60,617 bases of DNA from Candidatus Omnitrophota bacterium (GCA_028870995.1 JAGWOI010000014.1:1-60617), one strand, 5' to 3'. Positions 27,599 through 39,543 are shown, counted from the stretch's first letter. Translations and numbers: made by a program. The notes: a model not told the origin generated them from the sequence alone.

Positions 27599-27999
27599 GA
27601 TTTTTTAGATAAATCAACGTAACGCATCTGCAGCTCATAGATCGAGCCGTTAAGCAGGTCATCTTCTTCCTTGGTCAAATTTCCCTTGGTCTTATCCCGC
27701 AAGATGACCAGGGTATCGATCAGGAACTTGGCTTGTTTCAAATTCTTTTCCACCTGGTTGGTGATGGGATTAGGCATCTCGCCTAAGAAGATCATGGTCT
27801 GAAAGCCAAGACTTGCGATGTAGTTGAAGAAATTCAGCTGCCCTTCGCCTTCGGCAGCCGCTTCCTTGGCGGGTTCTTCCCCGGCCGGTTCTTCTTTAGC
27901 CGGCTGCTGACTGCCGCTCGAAGCCAACGGCTGGCCGTCAGGCCCCAAAATGGCGCCTTCTTTATCCACGTTATCACCCCAGCGATTTTTCAAGTCCAT
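27595..27999 (-). CDS. DUF1844 family protein
   Basis: F..YIASL..Q.MIFLG..PNP....EKNL.QAKFLIDTL..L..KTKGNLT.EE. Confidence 0.88.
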   Translation of the reverse strand: MDLKNRWGDNVDKEGAILGPDGQPLASSGSQQPAKEEPAGEEPAKEAAAEGEGQLNFFNYIASLGFQTMIFLGEMPNPITNQVEKNLKQAKFLIDTLVILRDKTKGNLTKEEDDLLNGSIYELQMRYVDLSKKS

Positions 28000-28052
28000 A
28001 TTCTGCCTCATTTCTATAAAGTGCATTACCTTATCATTGGATATTAAAAAAG

Positions 28053-28769
28053 TCAATCCTGTTCCCAACGCCGGTCGAACGATTTGAGCCAAAAAAACCG
28101 GCAGATCTGCATGACGACATAAACCGTGTCGATGATAGGATGGAATTTTGAACTTCCCCCGGTCCTCTTATGATATTCCGTCGGGATATATTTGACCCGC
28201 CGTCCCCGGCATAAAAAAATAAGAGTGATCATGACGCAATAAGAAAACTTGTCCGGGATGATCCAAAGGCTGGGCAAGAGCATATCCTTCTTAAAGACCT
28301 TCAATCCCGTTTGCAAGTCAGGAATTCTTTTTCCCGCCAGCAGGCTCGTGAACATGCGCAGCAGCCATTTGGCCAGGGTACGCAATACAGGCCAAGTCCC
28401 CTGCTCGCTTGTCCTGGCGCCGCTGACCTGGTCAAACTCAGGCAGATAGGACAGCATGACCGGAAGGTCCGCCGCGGTATAGGTGCCGTCGGCATCGAGC
28501 ATGGCTATTATGGGACCGCGGGCGTTGAGAACACCTGTCTTAAAGGCAGCGCCCGCACCTTGGCGGCTTGCATGGCGCACCACCCGCGAGGACAAGGGCT
28601 CGGCGAGGGCAACACTCCTGTCCGTACTGCCATCGTCGACCAATAATATTTCATAGAAATACTTCTGGTCCTTGAAGGCCGCCCTGACATCGGCAATGAC
28701 TCGAGCGATGGACTCCTGTTCGTTATAACAAAGCAGCAGTACTGTTACATCAACAACCTGATCAGGCAT
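28053..28769 (-). CDS. GT2 glycosyltransferase (DPM1-like)
   Basis: CYNEQ, VDDGSTD, DADGTY. Confidence 0.9.
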   Translation of the reverse strand: MPDQVVDVTVLLLCYNEQESIARVIADVRAAFKDQKYFYEILLVDDGSTDRSVALAEPLSSRVVRHASRQGAGAAFKTGVLNARGPIIAMLDADGTYTAADLPVMLSYLPEFDQVSGARTSEQGTWPVLRTLAKWLLRMFTSLLAGKRIPDLQTGLKVFKKDMLLPSLWIIPDKFSYCVMITLIFLCRGRRVKYIPTEYHKRTGGSSKFHPIIDTVYVVMQICRFFWLKSFDRRWEQD

Positions 28770-28780
28770 ACCCTTCGCTT

Positions 28781-29968
<1,188 letters not shown>

Positions 29969-30637
29969 CTAATCGTTGACCTGATACTGAATTTCTATAT
30001 TAAATGAGTACTCCTCAAGGTTCATGCCCTTTAAAAAAGGCGGAAAAGGACTGGCCTGCCGCAGGCTTCTCATGGAAATTTCCTGCAGGTGCTCGGAGGC
30101 ATTGGTCTTTCCCGGTATGATCCTGGCCGCTCTAAGCACCCCGTGTTTGTCCAGTAAAAATGTCAAATAGACGACCCCGGCCTCCATCCGGTCGTAATTG
30201 GCATAGACCTTTTCTTTGATCCGGTCCCGGATCATTTCATTATAAAGGGCATAAACAGGGTTATTGATCTTGGCCGAGGTGATGGGTTTGATAAAGACCC
30301 GGCGGTTTAATTCCATGGTGCTGAAGTGCTCGGGCTTATGTTCGTCAAACATCCTGAAAGGCAGCATGGACTTCTCATGCCCGAGACTGACAGGGACCGT
30401 CCCCTGGTCAAACAGTTTCCGGTTATTGCTCAAGTCCAGGCGCTGGGAAGGCCGGATGGGATATTGCCTGATGTCCACCTGCCGTCTGCGCATGGGTCTG
30501 TAGGTGATCTCCACCTGCTTGCGCTTAAGGGCGGCATAGTGATGGTTGTTGATCTTGGTCAAAAAAGCGGCGCATAAAATGACCGTATGGGCGGTCAATG
30601 AAATGAACAATGCCTTAAAAATAAAATTCTCAGCCAT
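29969..30637 (-). CDS. TonB/TolA C-terminal-like membrane protein
   Basis: N-terminal SxxxH TM (ISLTAH); C-terminal VYLTFLLDKHG.L...ASPFPPF. Confidence 0.7.
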   Translation of the reverse strand: MAENFIFKALFISLTAHTVILCAAFLTKINNHHYAALKRKQVEITYRPMRRRQVDIRQYPIRPSQRLDLSNNRKLFDQGTVPVSLGHEKSMLPFRMFDEHKPEHFSTMELNRRVFIKPITSAKINNPVYALYNEMIRDRIKEKVYANYDRMEAGVVYLTFLLDKHGVLRAARIIPGKTNASEHLQEISMRSLRQASPFPPFLKGMNLEEYSFNIEIQYQVND

Positions 30638-31301
30638 TCTTGTCTCTGAGTTCACGCCATAAGTAAGCAATGAAGCGGCCGGTATCACGCATGGGCTGGA
30701 TCTTGCTTATCTCATTACTGTAGATGGTCTGAATGCCGACCGACGCAATTTTAAAGCCTTTCTTGCTGGCCTTGATCAGCACTTCGGTCTCGATCTCGAA
30801 ATCGCTGCTTCTTAAATGCACCGCCTCCAGCACCTTGGTTTTAAGCAGCCGGAAACCGCATTGGGTGTCCGGAATATGCTGGCGGCAAATCAGTGAGATC
30901 AAAGACGACATCAAATGATTGGTAAACAACCGCAGCCACGGCATCCCGGTGGGGTTGGCCATGCGGTTGCCGTTGACAATATCCGCGCCCTTGGCTTTAT
31001 AACAGACCTCCAAGGCCGGGATATCCGACGGCGCATGCTGGCCGTCGCCGTCCATGGTGACCAGGAGCTCATAGCCTTTGGTTTTGACATAGTCAAATCC
31101 CATTTTTAAGGCATTGCCCTTGCCGCTTTTGACCGGCGTGTCCAGCACCACCGCTCCTGCCTCAAGGGCCATGGCGCGGGTCTGGTCCGCGGAGCCGTCA
31201 TTGATCACGATGCAATCATGCCCGAGAGCTTTGACAGCCTTGACCAAAGGCCCTATGGTTTGCCCTTCATTATGTGCCGGAATGACCACCGCTAGGCGCA
31301 T
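30630..31301 (-). CDS. GT2 glycosyltransferase (DPM1-like)
   Basis: VIPAHNE, NDGSAD, GKGNAL, DGDGQH, DTQCGFR. Confidence 0.92.
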   Translation of the reverse strand: MRLAVVIPAHNEGQTIGPLVKAVKALGHDCIVINDGSADQTRAMALEAGAVVLDTPVKSGKGNALKMGFDYVKTKGYELLVTMDGDGQHAPSDIPALEVCYKAKGADIVNGNRMANPTGMPWLRLFTNHLMSSLISLICRQHIPDTQCGFRLLKTKVLEAVHLRSSDFEIETEVLIKASKKGFKIASVGIQTIYSNEISKIQPMRDTGRFIAYLWRELRDKNG

Positions 31302-32164
31302 GGCTGCCAAAACTCCCTGAATATAAGCCATTGCGACGGGTTCTTAAGGATTTCCTGTTCGATGACCGTCAAATATTTCCGGATACACTCCCTGATCATG
31401 TCTTCGGTGACCTTGGCCGGGCCATTAAGCGCCGGAGGCTCAATGGGCGGATAAACCTTGATCTCATATTGATCATTGGCCGATCGGATAAAAAAAATGG
31501 GAACGATGGGAACACCCATCTTCAGGGAAAAAAAAGCCGCCCCCTTGGGGACCATGGTTTGACGGCCCAAAAAATCCATGTGCATGCCGCGGTTGCCGAA
31601 ATCCCGGTCAGCCAGGATCGCGATCAGGCGGTTTTGCTGAAGATGGTCCGCTATGCGCCGGACAGCCACATCGGTCTGGATGACCATGGCACCGAAGGAT
31701 TCGCGGCGCCGGTTGAAAAGGGCATTGACCCTCGGGTCCTTGTGCGCCAAAGCCACCACGGACAAAGGAAAGCCCATCATTGGCAGGACGGTCCCTCCCA
31801 ATTCCCAGCTGCCCAAATGGGCGCTGACAAGGATACCTCCCTTGCCGCGCTGCAGCACCTCATTCAAGTGTTCGAGGTTCTGGACACGGACATTGGATTG
31901 GATGAAATCCGGTTTCAGGCAGCGGCTGGAAATAAAGAACTCCAATAAATATTGGCCGAAATTCCTGAATACCGCCCGCACCTGGGCGGCGGGGACCTCG
32001 TCACGGCCCGATATCACTTTCAAATTATTTTCAACGGCCCGGCGGTCGGTGGTGGAAAAACAAAAATGGAAATCACACAGGACCCTGACCAGCACACGGC
32101 TGACCTTCAAGGGAAAAATACCGGCCAAAAACAAGCCCATCCTATAAAGATAGTAATTACCCAT
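31292..32164 (-). CDS. Lipid A/lysophospholipid acyltransferase family (LpxL/PatA-like)
   Basis: SAHLGSWE, LADRD, FLG, NPSQW. Confidence 0.9.
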   Translation of the reverse strand: MGNYYLYRMGLFLAGIFPLKVSRVLVRVLCDFHFCFSTTDRRAVENNLKVISGRDEVPAAQVRAVFRNFGQYLLEFFISSRCLKPDFIQSNVRVQNLEHLNEVLQRGKGGILVSAHLGSWELGGTVLPMMGFPLSVVALAHKDPRVNALFNRRRESFGAMVIQTDVAVRRIADHLQQNRLIAILADRDFGNRGMHMDFLGRQTMVPKGAAFFSLKMGVPIVPIFFIRSANDQYEIKVYPPIEPPALNGPAKVTEDMIRECIRKYLTVIEQEILKNPSQWLIFREFWQPCA

Positions 32165-32169
32165 AAAAT

Positions 32170-33300
32170 CTACACAGCCCCGTCCAAGATCAACAGGGCG
32201 ATGTTCTTGGCCGCCAGCGGCTTGGCCTGGCCCAAGGCCGCATGCTTCATGGCCGCCAATTGCTTGGGATCGTCCAAAAGCCCGTCGATGGCAGGGCCGA
32301 TGCGGCGCTTGTCGTCGACGCGGACCGCAATGCCCTGGTTGACCAAGAACTGGGAGTTGCGCTCTTCCTGGCCGGGGATCGGATCGACGATCACCATGGG
32401 CAGGCCCTTGGCCAGGCATTCGCTGGTGGTCATGCCGCCGGGTTTGGTGACGATCAGGGACGCAACTTCCATCAACTCGTCCACATTACTGGCGTATTCG
32501 TAAAAAATGATCTTCTTGGAAGTCTTGCGACGGATCTTCTTGATCCAGTGGACAAGCTTGACATTGGTGCCGCAGATGACGATAAGCTGCAACGGCCGCT
32601 TGAGGCGCACCAGGGATTTGACGGCCTCTTTCATGGGGCCAAGCCCCTGGCCGCCGCCCATGATCAAAACGGTGGGAATGCTCAGATCAAGGCCGAGTTT
32701 TTGGGCGATCAGGTCCGCACCGGCGCTCTCGGCAAATTTCATGCGGATGGGGATGCCCAAGATTTTGATCCGCTCCGGCGATACCCCCTGCTTCACATAC
32801 CTGTCACGGGCCTCCTGGGAGGGGACGACATAATAATCCACCCCTTCATGGAGCCAGTATAAATGCGGGGCATGGTCGGTCAAGACGCCGATCACCGTAA
32901 AGTCCAGGCCGTGCGCTTTTTTATAATCCGCCACCATGCCGCAGGGGAAAGCCTGGGTGCAGACGACCACATCGGGCTTGAATTCGTCGATAAGGGGTTT
33001 TAATTTCTTATGGGATGATTTATGGATGGACTGCTTCCATTTTTCGGAGAATTTGACGATCTTGGGATTGTCGTAAAGGTATTCCCAGATCTTGGGCACG
33101 CGTTTGATGACGCCCATGTAGGCGGTGTTGACGATCTTCTCCATCACCGGATAGGCATAGCCGAACCCGTTGATGCTTAAGATTTCGCAATCAGGATCAA
33201 GGCTCTTAAGGGACTTTGCAATGGCCACAGCGCCCTGACGGTGCCCGGAAACCTGGGAAATGTACATCAACAAGACCCGCTTGTGTTTGGTCACCACCAT
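32170..33300 (-). CDS. MGDG synthase/UgtP-like GT28 glycosyltransferase
   Basis: SGHRQ, MGGGQG, TKPGGMTTSE, PIPGQEERN. Confidence 0.9.
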   Translation of the reverse strand: MVVTKHKRVLLMYISQVSGHRQGAVAIAKSLKSLDPDCEILSINGFGYAYPVMEKIVNTAYMGVIKRVPKIWEYLYDNPKIVKFSEKWKQSIHKSSHKKLKPLIDEFKPDVVVCTQAFPCGMVADYKKAHGLDFTVIGVLTDHAPHLYWLHEGVDYYVVPSQEARDRYVKQGVSPERIKILGIPIRMKFAESAGADLIAQKLGLDLSIPTVLIMGGGQGLGPMKEAVKSLVRLKRPLQLIVICGTNVKLVHWIKKIRRKTSKKIIFYEYASNVDELMEVASLIVTKPGGMTTSECLAKGLPMVIVDPIPGQEERNSQFLVNQGIAVRVDDKRRIGPAIDGLLDDPKQLAAMKHAALGQAKPLAAKNIALLILDGAV

Positions 33301-33302
33301 AT

Positions 33303-33533
33303 TTATTCGATGATCCCCAGGACGCCTCCCACGACACCTTCCTGCCCGTCCTTGACACAGATGTCCTTAAGCTTTCCCGTGGCCGGGGATTCGATGACAA
33401 AGGAGGCCTTATCGGTCACGGCTTCGCAGATCTCCTGGCCGGCCGCCACCGGATCACCCGGGTTCACGTGCCAGCAGGCAATGGTGGCCTTGGTGATCCC
33501 TTCGCCTAATTCTGGAAGAATGATATTGGTCAT
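33303..33533 (-). CDS. Stand-alone lipoyl domain protein
   Basis: LPELGEGI...W.V..GD....VTDKA...SP..G. Confidence 0.9.
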   Translation of the reverse strand: MTNIILPELGEGITKATIACWHVNPGDPVAAGQEICEAVTDKASFVIESPATGKLKDICVKDGQEGVVGGVLGIIE

Positions 33534-34168
33534 GGGTTTAATGATCGAAAATGTTTTTGAAACTGCTCAATCGTTTTTGTCTTAACATCAGCCATGGGCA
33601 CTTCCTGGCCTTTTAACTTCTTCATTGAGGTCATGCGCACATTGAGCCCGCAAGGTTTGATCAGATCAAAGAACGACAGGTCGGTATTAACATTGATCCC
33701 TAAGCCGTGGTAGGTAATCCACTTGCGGACTCCGACGCCGATGGAGACGATCTTATCAGTCCCCACAAAAACGCCTCTTTGTCCCGGAACGCTTATTGCC
33801 AATATACCAAAATTCCTCAATAAATCAACCGCAAGTTCTTCCAGTGTTTCCATGTAGGCCTTTAGGTTTTTACCATATTTATTTAAATTAAAAACGGGAT
33901 AAACGACCAATTGCCCCGGCGCATGCAGGGTGACATCCCCACCCCGGTCGATGGCGGTAATCACGACTCCTCTGGCTTCAATTTCCTTACGCTGGTAAAG
34001 CAGGCTTTGGGGGTTGGTCATGCGGCCCAAGGTCAATACAGGCGGGTGTTCGCAGAGCACCAGGCGATCATCCGCGCCATCCAATACTTGCTGGACCAAG
34101 GCCTTTTGCCGGGCGTACGCATCCGCATACCCAATCAATCCCCAATCTTCGACAACTATCCCCCGCAT
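33530..34168 (-). CDS. lipB: Octanoyltransferase
   Basis: EHPPVLTLG, RGGDVTLHAPGQLVVYP, KIVSIG, HG..IN, PCG. Confidence 0.96.
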   Translation of the reverse strand: MRGIVVEDWGLIGYADAYARQKALVQQVLDGADDRLVLCEHPPVLTLGRMTNPQSLLYQRKEIEARGVVITAIDRGGDVTLHAPGQLVVYPVFNLNKYGKNLKAYMETLEELAVDLLRNFGILAISVPGQRGVFVGTDKIVSIGVGVRKWITYHGLGINVNTDLSFFDLIKPCGLNVRMTSMKKLKGQEVPMADVKTKTIEQFQKHFRSLNP

Positions 34169-34232
34169 TTCCCCTTCTTTTCCTTGGACCGTTTCCAGAT
34201 AACCCTTTGATACTCCATAGGTTCTGATAGAA

Positions 34233-34310
34233 CTGTCCCCCACCCTATTTGTCCAATAAAAATAGGGACACCCTAAAGCGTCCCCATTTTCATTTCAAAG
34301 CGTCCCCTTT
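34233..34310. repeat. Cluster of GGGACAC/GTCCCC repeat variants
   Basis: CTGTCCCC, AAATAGGGACAC and two AAAGCGTCCCC copies between icd and lipB. Confidence 0.55.
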
Positions 34311-35390
34311 TTAAAGCTTCTTACAAATCGCTTCCGCCATCTGCATGGTCCCTACGGCCGTTGGATCATTGCGATCGGCTTTAAGGTCATAGGTCACGTC
34401 CTTACCTTCTTTTAAGACCGTCCTCACGGCCTTGTCCAGCCGGTCCGCCGCCGCCTCTTCTTTAAGATGGCGCAGCATCCATACCGCGGAAAGAATGGTG
34501 GCTGTCGGATTGACCTTGTTCTTCCCGGCATATTTGGGCGCTGATCCGTGTACCGGCTCAAACAGGGCGATCTCATCGCCGTAATTGGCGCCCGGAGCGA
34601 TCCCCAAACCGCCGACCAGTCCGGCGCACAGGTCCGAGACAATGTCGCCGTATAAATTGGGCAAAACCAAACAATCATAGAGAAATGTGCTTTGGATCAA
34701 CTGCATACACATGTTATCCACGATGTTATCGCTGAATTCTATTTTCCCCTCATATTCTTTGGCGACTTCCTGGGCACATTTCAAGAAAAGGCCGTCGGTA
34801 AATTTCATGATATTAGCCTTGTGCACCGCCGTCACTTTCTTGCGGCCGGCCTTAACGGCCCAGTCAAAGGCGAATTTAACGATCCGTTTGGAGCCGCTCC
34901 TGGATATGGGCTTTATAGAAATGGCGGAATCCTGTTTAATCTTTTTAGGCGACATCTCGTTGATCAAATCCCGCAAACGATCACACTCGCCGGTGCCAAG
35001 ATCAAATTCGATGCCCGCATACAAATCTTCCGTGTTTTCGCGAAAGATCATCAAATTGACATTCTTAATGGGCGTCTTGGTTCCTTCATAATAAAGGCAG
35101 GGCCGCACACAGGCAAACAAGTCCAAAGACTGGCGCAGCTGGACATTGACGGAGCGGAAGCCTTTGCCTACAGGTGTCGTGATAGGCCCCTTGATGGCGG
35201 TCTTGTTGCGGCGAATGGATTCCAGCACTTCATCGGTCAAAGGTTTGCCGTTTTTGGCGATGGACTTCTCGCCGACTTCCTGGACTTCCCAATTGATTTT
35301 AACGCCGGTGGCGTCAACGCACAAACGCATCGCATTAGCGACTTCAGGACCGATGCCGTCTCCCGGCAATAACGTTACGGTGTGACTCAT
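34311..35390 (-). CDS. icd: Isocitrate/isopropylmalate dehydrogenase family (probably isocitrate dehydrogenase)
   Basis: [56 protein letters not shown]. Confidence 0.85.
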   Translation of the reverse strand: MSHTVTLLPGDGIGPEVANAMRLCVDATGVKINWEVQEVGEKSIAKNGKPLTDEVLESIRRNKTAIKGPITTPVGKGFRSVNVQLRQSLDLFACVRPCLYYEGTKTPIKNVNLMIFRENTEDLYAGIEFDLGTGECDRLRDLINEMSPKKIKQDSAISIKPISRSGSKRIVKFAFDWAVKAGRKKVTAVHKANIMKFTDGLFLKCAQEVAKEYEGKIEFSDNIVDNMCMQLIQSTFLYDCLVLPNLYGDIVSDLCAGLVGGLGIAPGANYGDEIALFEPVHGSAPKYAGKNKVNPTATILSAVWMLRHLKEEAAADRLDKAVRTVLKEGKDVTYDLKADRNDPTAVGTMQMAEAICKKL

Positions 35391-35406
35391 AGCAATGCCT
35401 GCCTTT

Positions 35407-36489
35407 CTACTTGGCCTTGTTGGTGGTGCTGGTCATCAAGGATTTCAATTCATTGACGTCGGTGGATAATTCCAGGGCTGTATTCAAGGTGATAAGCCCC
35501 TTCTCATAAAACTCTTTCAATGACTTATCAAAGGTGCGCATGCCGTATTGGCCGCCGGTCTGCATGGCGGAACGCATCTGCTCAATGGAATTCTCGCGGA
35601 TCAGGTTGCGCACGCCGGCGGTGGCGATCATGATTTCTGGGACCATGATGCGGCCCTTGCCGGAAGCCCGGGGTGCCAGTTTCTGGGAGATGACCCCCTG
35701 CAGCGCTGTGGACAACTGCAAGCGGACCTGCTGCTGCTGGAACGGCGGAAAAACGTCGATGATACGCTCGATGGTCTGGGGAGCATCGGGCGTGTGCACC
35801 GTGGAGAGGACCAAGTGGCCGGTTTCCGCCGCGGTCAATGCCGTGGAAATTGTTTCCAGGTCGCGCAACTCCCCCACCACGATCACATCAGGGTCCTGGC
35901 GCAGGCAGCGTTTGAGCGCCTCGGAAAAAGAATTGGTATCACGGAAAACCTCGCGTTGCTTGATGATGGATCTGTTGTTGGTAAACAAATATTCGATAGG
36001 ATCTTCGATGCACATGATCACACAGGTGCGCTCGGTATTGATCAAATTGATCATGGAGGCCAGGGTGGTCGTCTTGCCCGTACCCGTGGGCCCGGTGACC
36101 AGGACCAGGCCGGTCTGCTTGCGCGCCAGGTCGGCGATCACCGGCGGCAATTGCAGCTCCTCCATCGACGGGATAAACAAGGAAATGCGGCGGAAAGCCG
36201 CCTCCACTGAACCCCGCTGGATATGCACGTTAACGCGGAAGCGGTCCATGCCGGTCAGGGCCAGGGAAAAATCCAGCTCCTTGTCTTCTTCGAATTTGGC
36301 CTTTTGGCTGTCGGAAAGGACGCTGTAGATCATCTCCCTGATCTCAGTGCGGTTTAAGACCTTGCCCGTCAGGGGCACCAGGCGGCCGTCGATACGGAAA
36401 ATCGGGGAGCTCTTTTCCGTCAAATGCAGGTCCGAGGCTTTTTCCTGGATGGCCAGCGCCAAAAGTTCCCTTAAGAAAGAAATATCCAT
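35407..36489 (-). CDS. pilT: Type IV pilus retraction ATPase PilT/PilU family
   Basis: [35 protein letters not shown]. Confidence 0.9.
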   Translation of the reverse strand: MDISFLRELLALAIQEKASDLHLTEKSSPIFRIDGRLVPLTGKVLNRTEIREMIYSVLSDSQKAKFEEDKELDFSLALTGMDRFRVNVHIQRGSVEAAFRRISLFIPSMEELQLPPVIADLARKQTGLVLVTGPTGTGKTTTLASMINLINTERTCVIMCIEDPIEYLFTNNRSIIKQREVFRDTNSFSEALKRCLRQDPDVIVVGELRDLETISTALTAAETGHLVLSTVHTPDAPQTIERIIDVFPPFQQQQVRLQLSTALQGVISQKLAPRASGKGRIMVPEIMIATAGVRNLIRENSIEQMRSAMQTGGQYGMRTFDKSLKEFYEKGLITLNTALELSTDVNELKSLMTSTTNKAK

Positions 36490-36493
36490 AATC

Positions 36494-37693
36494 CTACACC
36501 TTTAATGAAGAATGCTGGTTAGCGATCCAACCGGCCACCCGCTTAATGCCTTCCTCGATGCGGGCTTCGGAGGTGGCGAAGCTGAACCTGATGTAATCCG
36601 GCGCCCCGAAACTGTCGCCGGGGATCGCCGCTACCTTGACATCGTCGAGCAGCTTAGCGGCTACGGCAGCCACGCTCCCTCCGTCAGCCGAATTCGCTAT
36701 TTTAGCAAAATTACAAAAAACGTAAAAGGCGCCTTGAGGACGGATGTAAGAAAGTTGAGGAACCTTGTCCAGGCATGCCAACATCAAATCGCGCCGCTTT
36801 TTGAAAATCTGGCACATTTGATCAATGGACTCCGTTGAAGCTTTCAGCGCCTCCACGGCTGCGGCCTGGCTGATGGAGGTCGGGTTGGAAGTCGAATGAT
36901 CCTGGTATTTCTTGATATATTCCATGATCTCAACCGGGCCGGCCGCGTAACCGATGCGCCAGCCGGTCATGGCATACGCTTTGGACACGCCATTGACGGT
37001 GATGGTCAGGTCAAAAATGGCCTTGCCAAGCGATGCTATCGACGTGAAAACGGTAGTATCATAAATCAATTTTTCATAAATTTCATCACTAATCACATAA
37101 ATCTTATGGGCCACACAGATCTCCGCCAGTTTGGCCAGTTCTTCCTTGCCGTACATGACGCCGGTCGGATTGGACGGCGAGTTGATGATCAGGATCCTGG
37201 TCTTGGGGGTGATATGCTTTTTAAGCAGTTCGGGCGTGATCTTAAAGCCGCTGGCGGCATTGGTGGGCACGATCACGGACCTGCCTCCCGCCGCCTTGAC
37301 CATTTCCGGATAACTGACCCAGTACGGCGCCTGGAAGATCACCTCATCCCCATCGTCGACCAATACCTGGATGATGTTAAACAGCGAGTGCTTGGCCCCG
37401 CAGGAGACCACGATCTGGCTGGGTTTGTAGACCAGCCCGTTATCTTTCTGGAATTTTGCGGCAATGGCCTCCCGCAAGTCCACGGTCCCGATGGACGGCG
37501 TGTACTTGGTCATCCCCTTTTCGATCGCTTTGATGCCGGCTTTCTTGATAAAGTCCGGCGTATCGAAATCCGGCTCGCCGGCGCCGAAATTAACGACGTC
37601 ATGGCCCTGGGCGGCCAGTTCCTTGGCCCGGGCCGTGATGGCCAGCGTCGTCGATCCCAACATCTCCTTTACCCTGCGATTCACCTGAAGCAT
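36494..37693 (-). CDS. aspC: Aspartate aminotransferase (class I PLP)
   Basis: GEPDF, NSPSNPTG, SDEIY, SKAYAMTGWRIG. Confidence 0.9.
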   Translation of the reverse strand: MLQVNRRVKEMLGSTTLAITARAKELAAQGHDVVNFGAGEPDFDTPDFIKKAGIKAIEKGMTKYTPSIGTVDLREAIAAKFQKDNGLVYKPSQIVVSCGAKHSLFNIIQVLVDDGDEVIFQAPYWVSYPEMVKAAGGRSVIVPTNAASGFKITPELLKKHITPKTRILIINSPSNPTGVMYGKEELAKLAEICVAHKIYVISDEIYEKLIYDTTVFTSIASLGKAIFDLTITVNGVSKAYAMTGWRIGYAAGPVEIMEYIKKYQDHSTSNPTSISQAAAVEALKASTESIDQMCQIFKKRRDLMLACLDKVPQLSYIRPQGAFYVFCNFAKIANSADGGSVAAVAAKLLDDVKVAAIPGDSFGAPDYIRFSFATSEARIEEGIKRVAGWIANQHSSLKV

Positions 37694-37732
37694 ATACTCT
37701 CCTTCTTACGTAGTAACGAGTGTGGTGCTCGC

Positions 37733-37898
37733 CTTTGAAAATCATTTTTTCAACCACGCTGGCCTTTTTCCGCCAGCCTTTTCTAAATTTCCGGCCATAC
37801 GCCGCGCCTTCGGCGCTGTATGGCCGAATCGGCGACGAAGGCTGGCGGGGCCAGAGTGGTATTCAAAAATGACTTTCAAAGTCTCGCATCGCGATGCG
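37733..37898. repeat. 149-nt nested palindrome plus adjacent 14-bp palindrome (REPIN/MITE-like or structured RNA)
   Basis: Five nested complementary stems 37733-37881 and CGCATCGCGATGCG at 37885-37898. Confidence 0.75.
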
Positions 37899-37951
37899 CG
37901 GGCTCACCATATATTAGGTATGAGCAACATTAATGATCAGACTCCATGCAT

Positions 37952-38770
37952 TTAAGCCGCAACGAGACAAATGTCCGCCTGGTTGGCCAATTGGACCGTC
38001 TTGTCGTAATCAATGATCAAGGTCTTGCCGGCTTCGATGGCCAGGCAGGCCGCCTTGGTCCTGGCCATGGCCTGGATCGTCCGCGGGCCGATGACCGGCA
38101 CATCAAAACGGCTGTCCTGCGCGGGCTTCGAGGTCTTGACCACAACCGCCCCTTGCCGGGCAATGGCCCCGCCCCGGGCAATGGCCCGGTCGGTGCCTTC
38201 CATGGCTTCGATGGCCACGATGGCTTTCTCTTTCACCACCACCGTCTGGCCGATGTCGATGCCCCCCATCTGCTTGGCAAGGCAAAGACCGAATTCAATG
38301 TCCTTTAATTCACTCTCCGTGGGCCCCCGCTTGGTCAGAGTGCCTTGGGGCGCCAGGTATTTTTTTAATAAGAAGGTCGAGTCCACCAGGACCATCCCCT
38401 CTTTCTTGAGGCGGTCGGCCACCGCCGTGAAAATAGTGTCCGCCTTGCGGTCACGCAGCGCGTCATGCAGGGCCTGCAGCTCCTCGTCCAGTTTCACCGC
38501 GGGGTTAAACAAATTGTCCTGGCTGACCTGGCCGGCCATGATCACCTGACTGACGGCATAGGCGCGGAAGTACTCGAAAAGCTTCTTTAATTGGCCTACC
38601 TTAAAATACCGGAATTTATCTACAAAAAAATATAAAAAAGGGGACGTGTCCCCGGTCACAGCCGCAGCCACGACGGAAAACTGCTGGTCGCGGGCCGCCC
38701 TGGCAAACAAGAAAGGGAATTGCCCGTTGCCGGCGATAAGGCCGATTGTCTTTGCGTTAGGAGATGCCAC
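37952..38770 (-). CDS. lpxI: UDP-2,3-diacylglucosamine diphosphatase LpxI
   Basis: IGLIAGNGQFP, DIGQTVVV, AIEAMEGTD, RFDVPVIG. Start approximate (GTG). Confidence 0.93.
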   Translation of the reverse strand: MASPNAKTIGLIAGNGQFPFLFARAARDQQFSVVAAAVTGDTSPFLYFFVDKFRYFKVGQLKKLFEYFRAYAVSQVIMAGQVSQDNLFNPAVKLDEELQALHDALRDRKADTIFTAVADRLKKEGMVLVDSTFLLKKYLAPQGTLTKRGPTESELKDIEFGLCLAKQMGGIDIGQTVVVKEKAIVAIEAMEGTDRAIARGGAIARQGAVVVKTSKPAQDSRFDVPVIGPRTIQAMARTKAACLAIEAGKTLIIDYDKTVQLANQADICLVAA

Positions 38771-39542
38771 GTTTGGATGTCTGGATAAATTCAATGACCC
38801 GGTGGATTTCCGGCAAACCGTTTCCGTTCAACTGATTTTGAACCTGAAGGATGGCATTGCTGCGGTTAAGGCCGGAATTAAAAAGTATCTTAAAGGCGCT
38901 GTGCAGGGCACGCTGGGACGATGAAGGTATCTCCGCGCGCTTTAACCCGACGATATTCAATCCCCTCAAGGTGGCCGGATTTCCGTCCACCAGGGAAAAG
39001 GGCGGCACATCCTGGTTGACCTTCGAGCAGCCACCGACCATGGCCAGAAAACCGACCCGGCCGTACTGGTGCACGCCCGACAGCCCGCCGATCACGGCCC
39101 TGTCTTCGATGGTGACGTGGCCGGAAAGCCCGACATAATTGGCCAACACGCAGTCGTTGCCGATATGGCAATCATGCGCCACATGGCAGCAGGCCATGAA
39201 TAAATTATTGTCGCCGATCATGGTCTTGCCGCCGCCCTCGATGGTGCCCGGATTCACGGTCACATACTCGCGAAAAACATTGTGGGCGCCGATCGTCAAA
39301 AAAACCTTGTCCGTTCTCTGGTGTTTCCTGTCCTGGGGCATGGAACCGATCACCGCCCCCGTAAACAACCGGCAGCCTTCACCAATGGCGGTATTGCCTT
39401 CCACCAGGCAATGGGCGCCGATATCGACACCATCACCCAGGGTCACCTCTCCCTCGATGATGGAGTAGGGGCCGATGGTCACATTATTCCCCAGCTGGAC
39501 CTTGGGGCCGAGAAGCGCTGTTTTATGGATATTATTGGCCAT
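38757..39542 (-). CDS. lpxA: UDP-GlcNAc acyltransferase
   Basis: Hexapeptide repeats, PQD, HVAHDC, VHQ, QDVPPF, GLNIVGLKR. Confidence 0.96.
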   Translation of the reverse strand: MANNIHKTALLGPKVQLGNNVTIGPYSIIEGEVTLGDGVDIGAHCLVEGNTAIGEGCRLFTGAVIGSMPQDRKHQRTDKVFLTIGAHNVFREYVTVNPGTIEGGGKTMIGDNNLFMACCHVAHDCHIGNDCVLANYVGLSGHVTIEDRAVIGGLSGVHQYGRVGFLAMVGGCSKVNQDVPPFSLVDGNPATLRGLNIVGLKRAEIPSSSQRALHSAFKILFNSGLNRSNAILQVQNQLNGNGLPEIHRVIEFIQTSKRGIS

Positions 39543-39543
39543 A

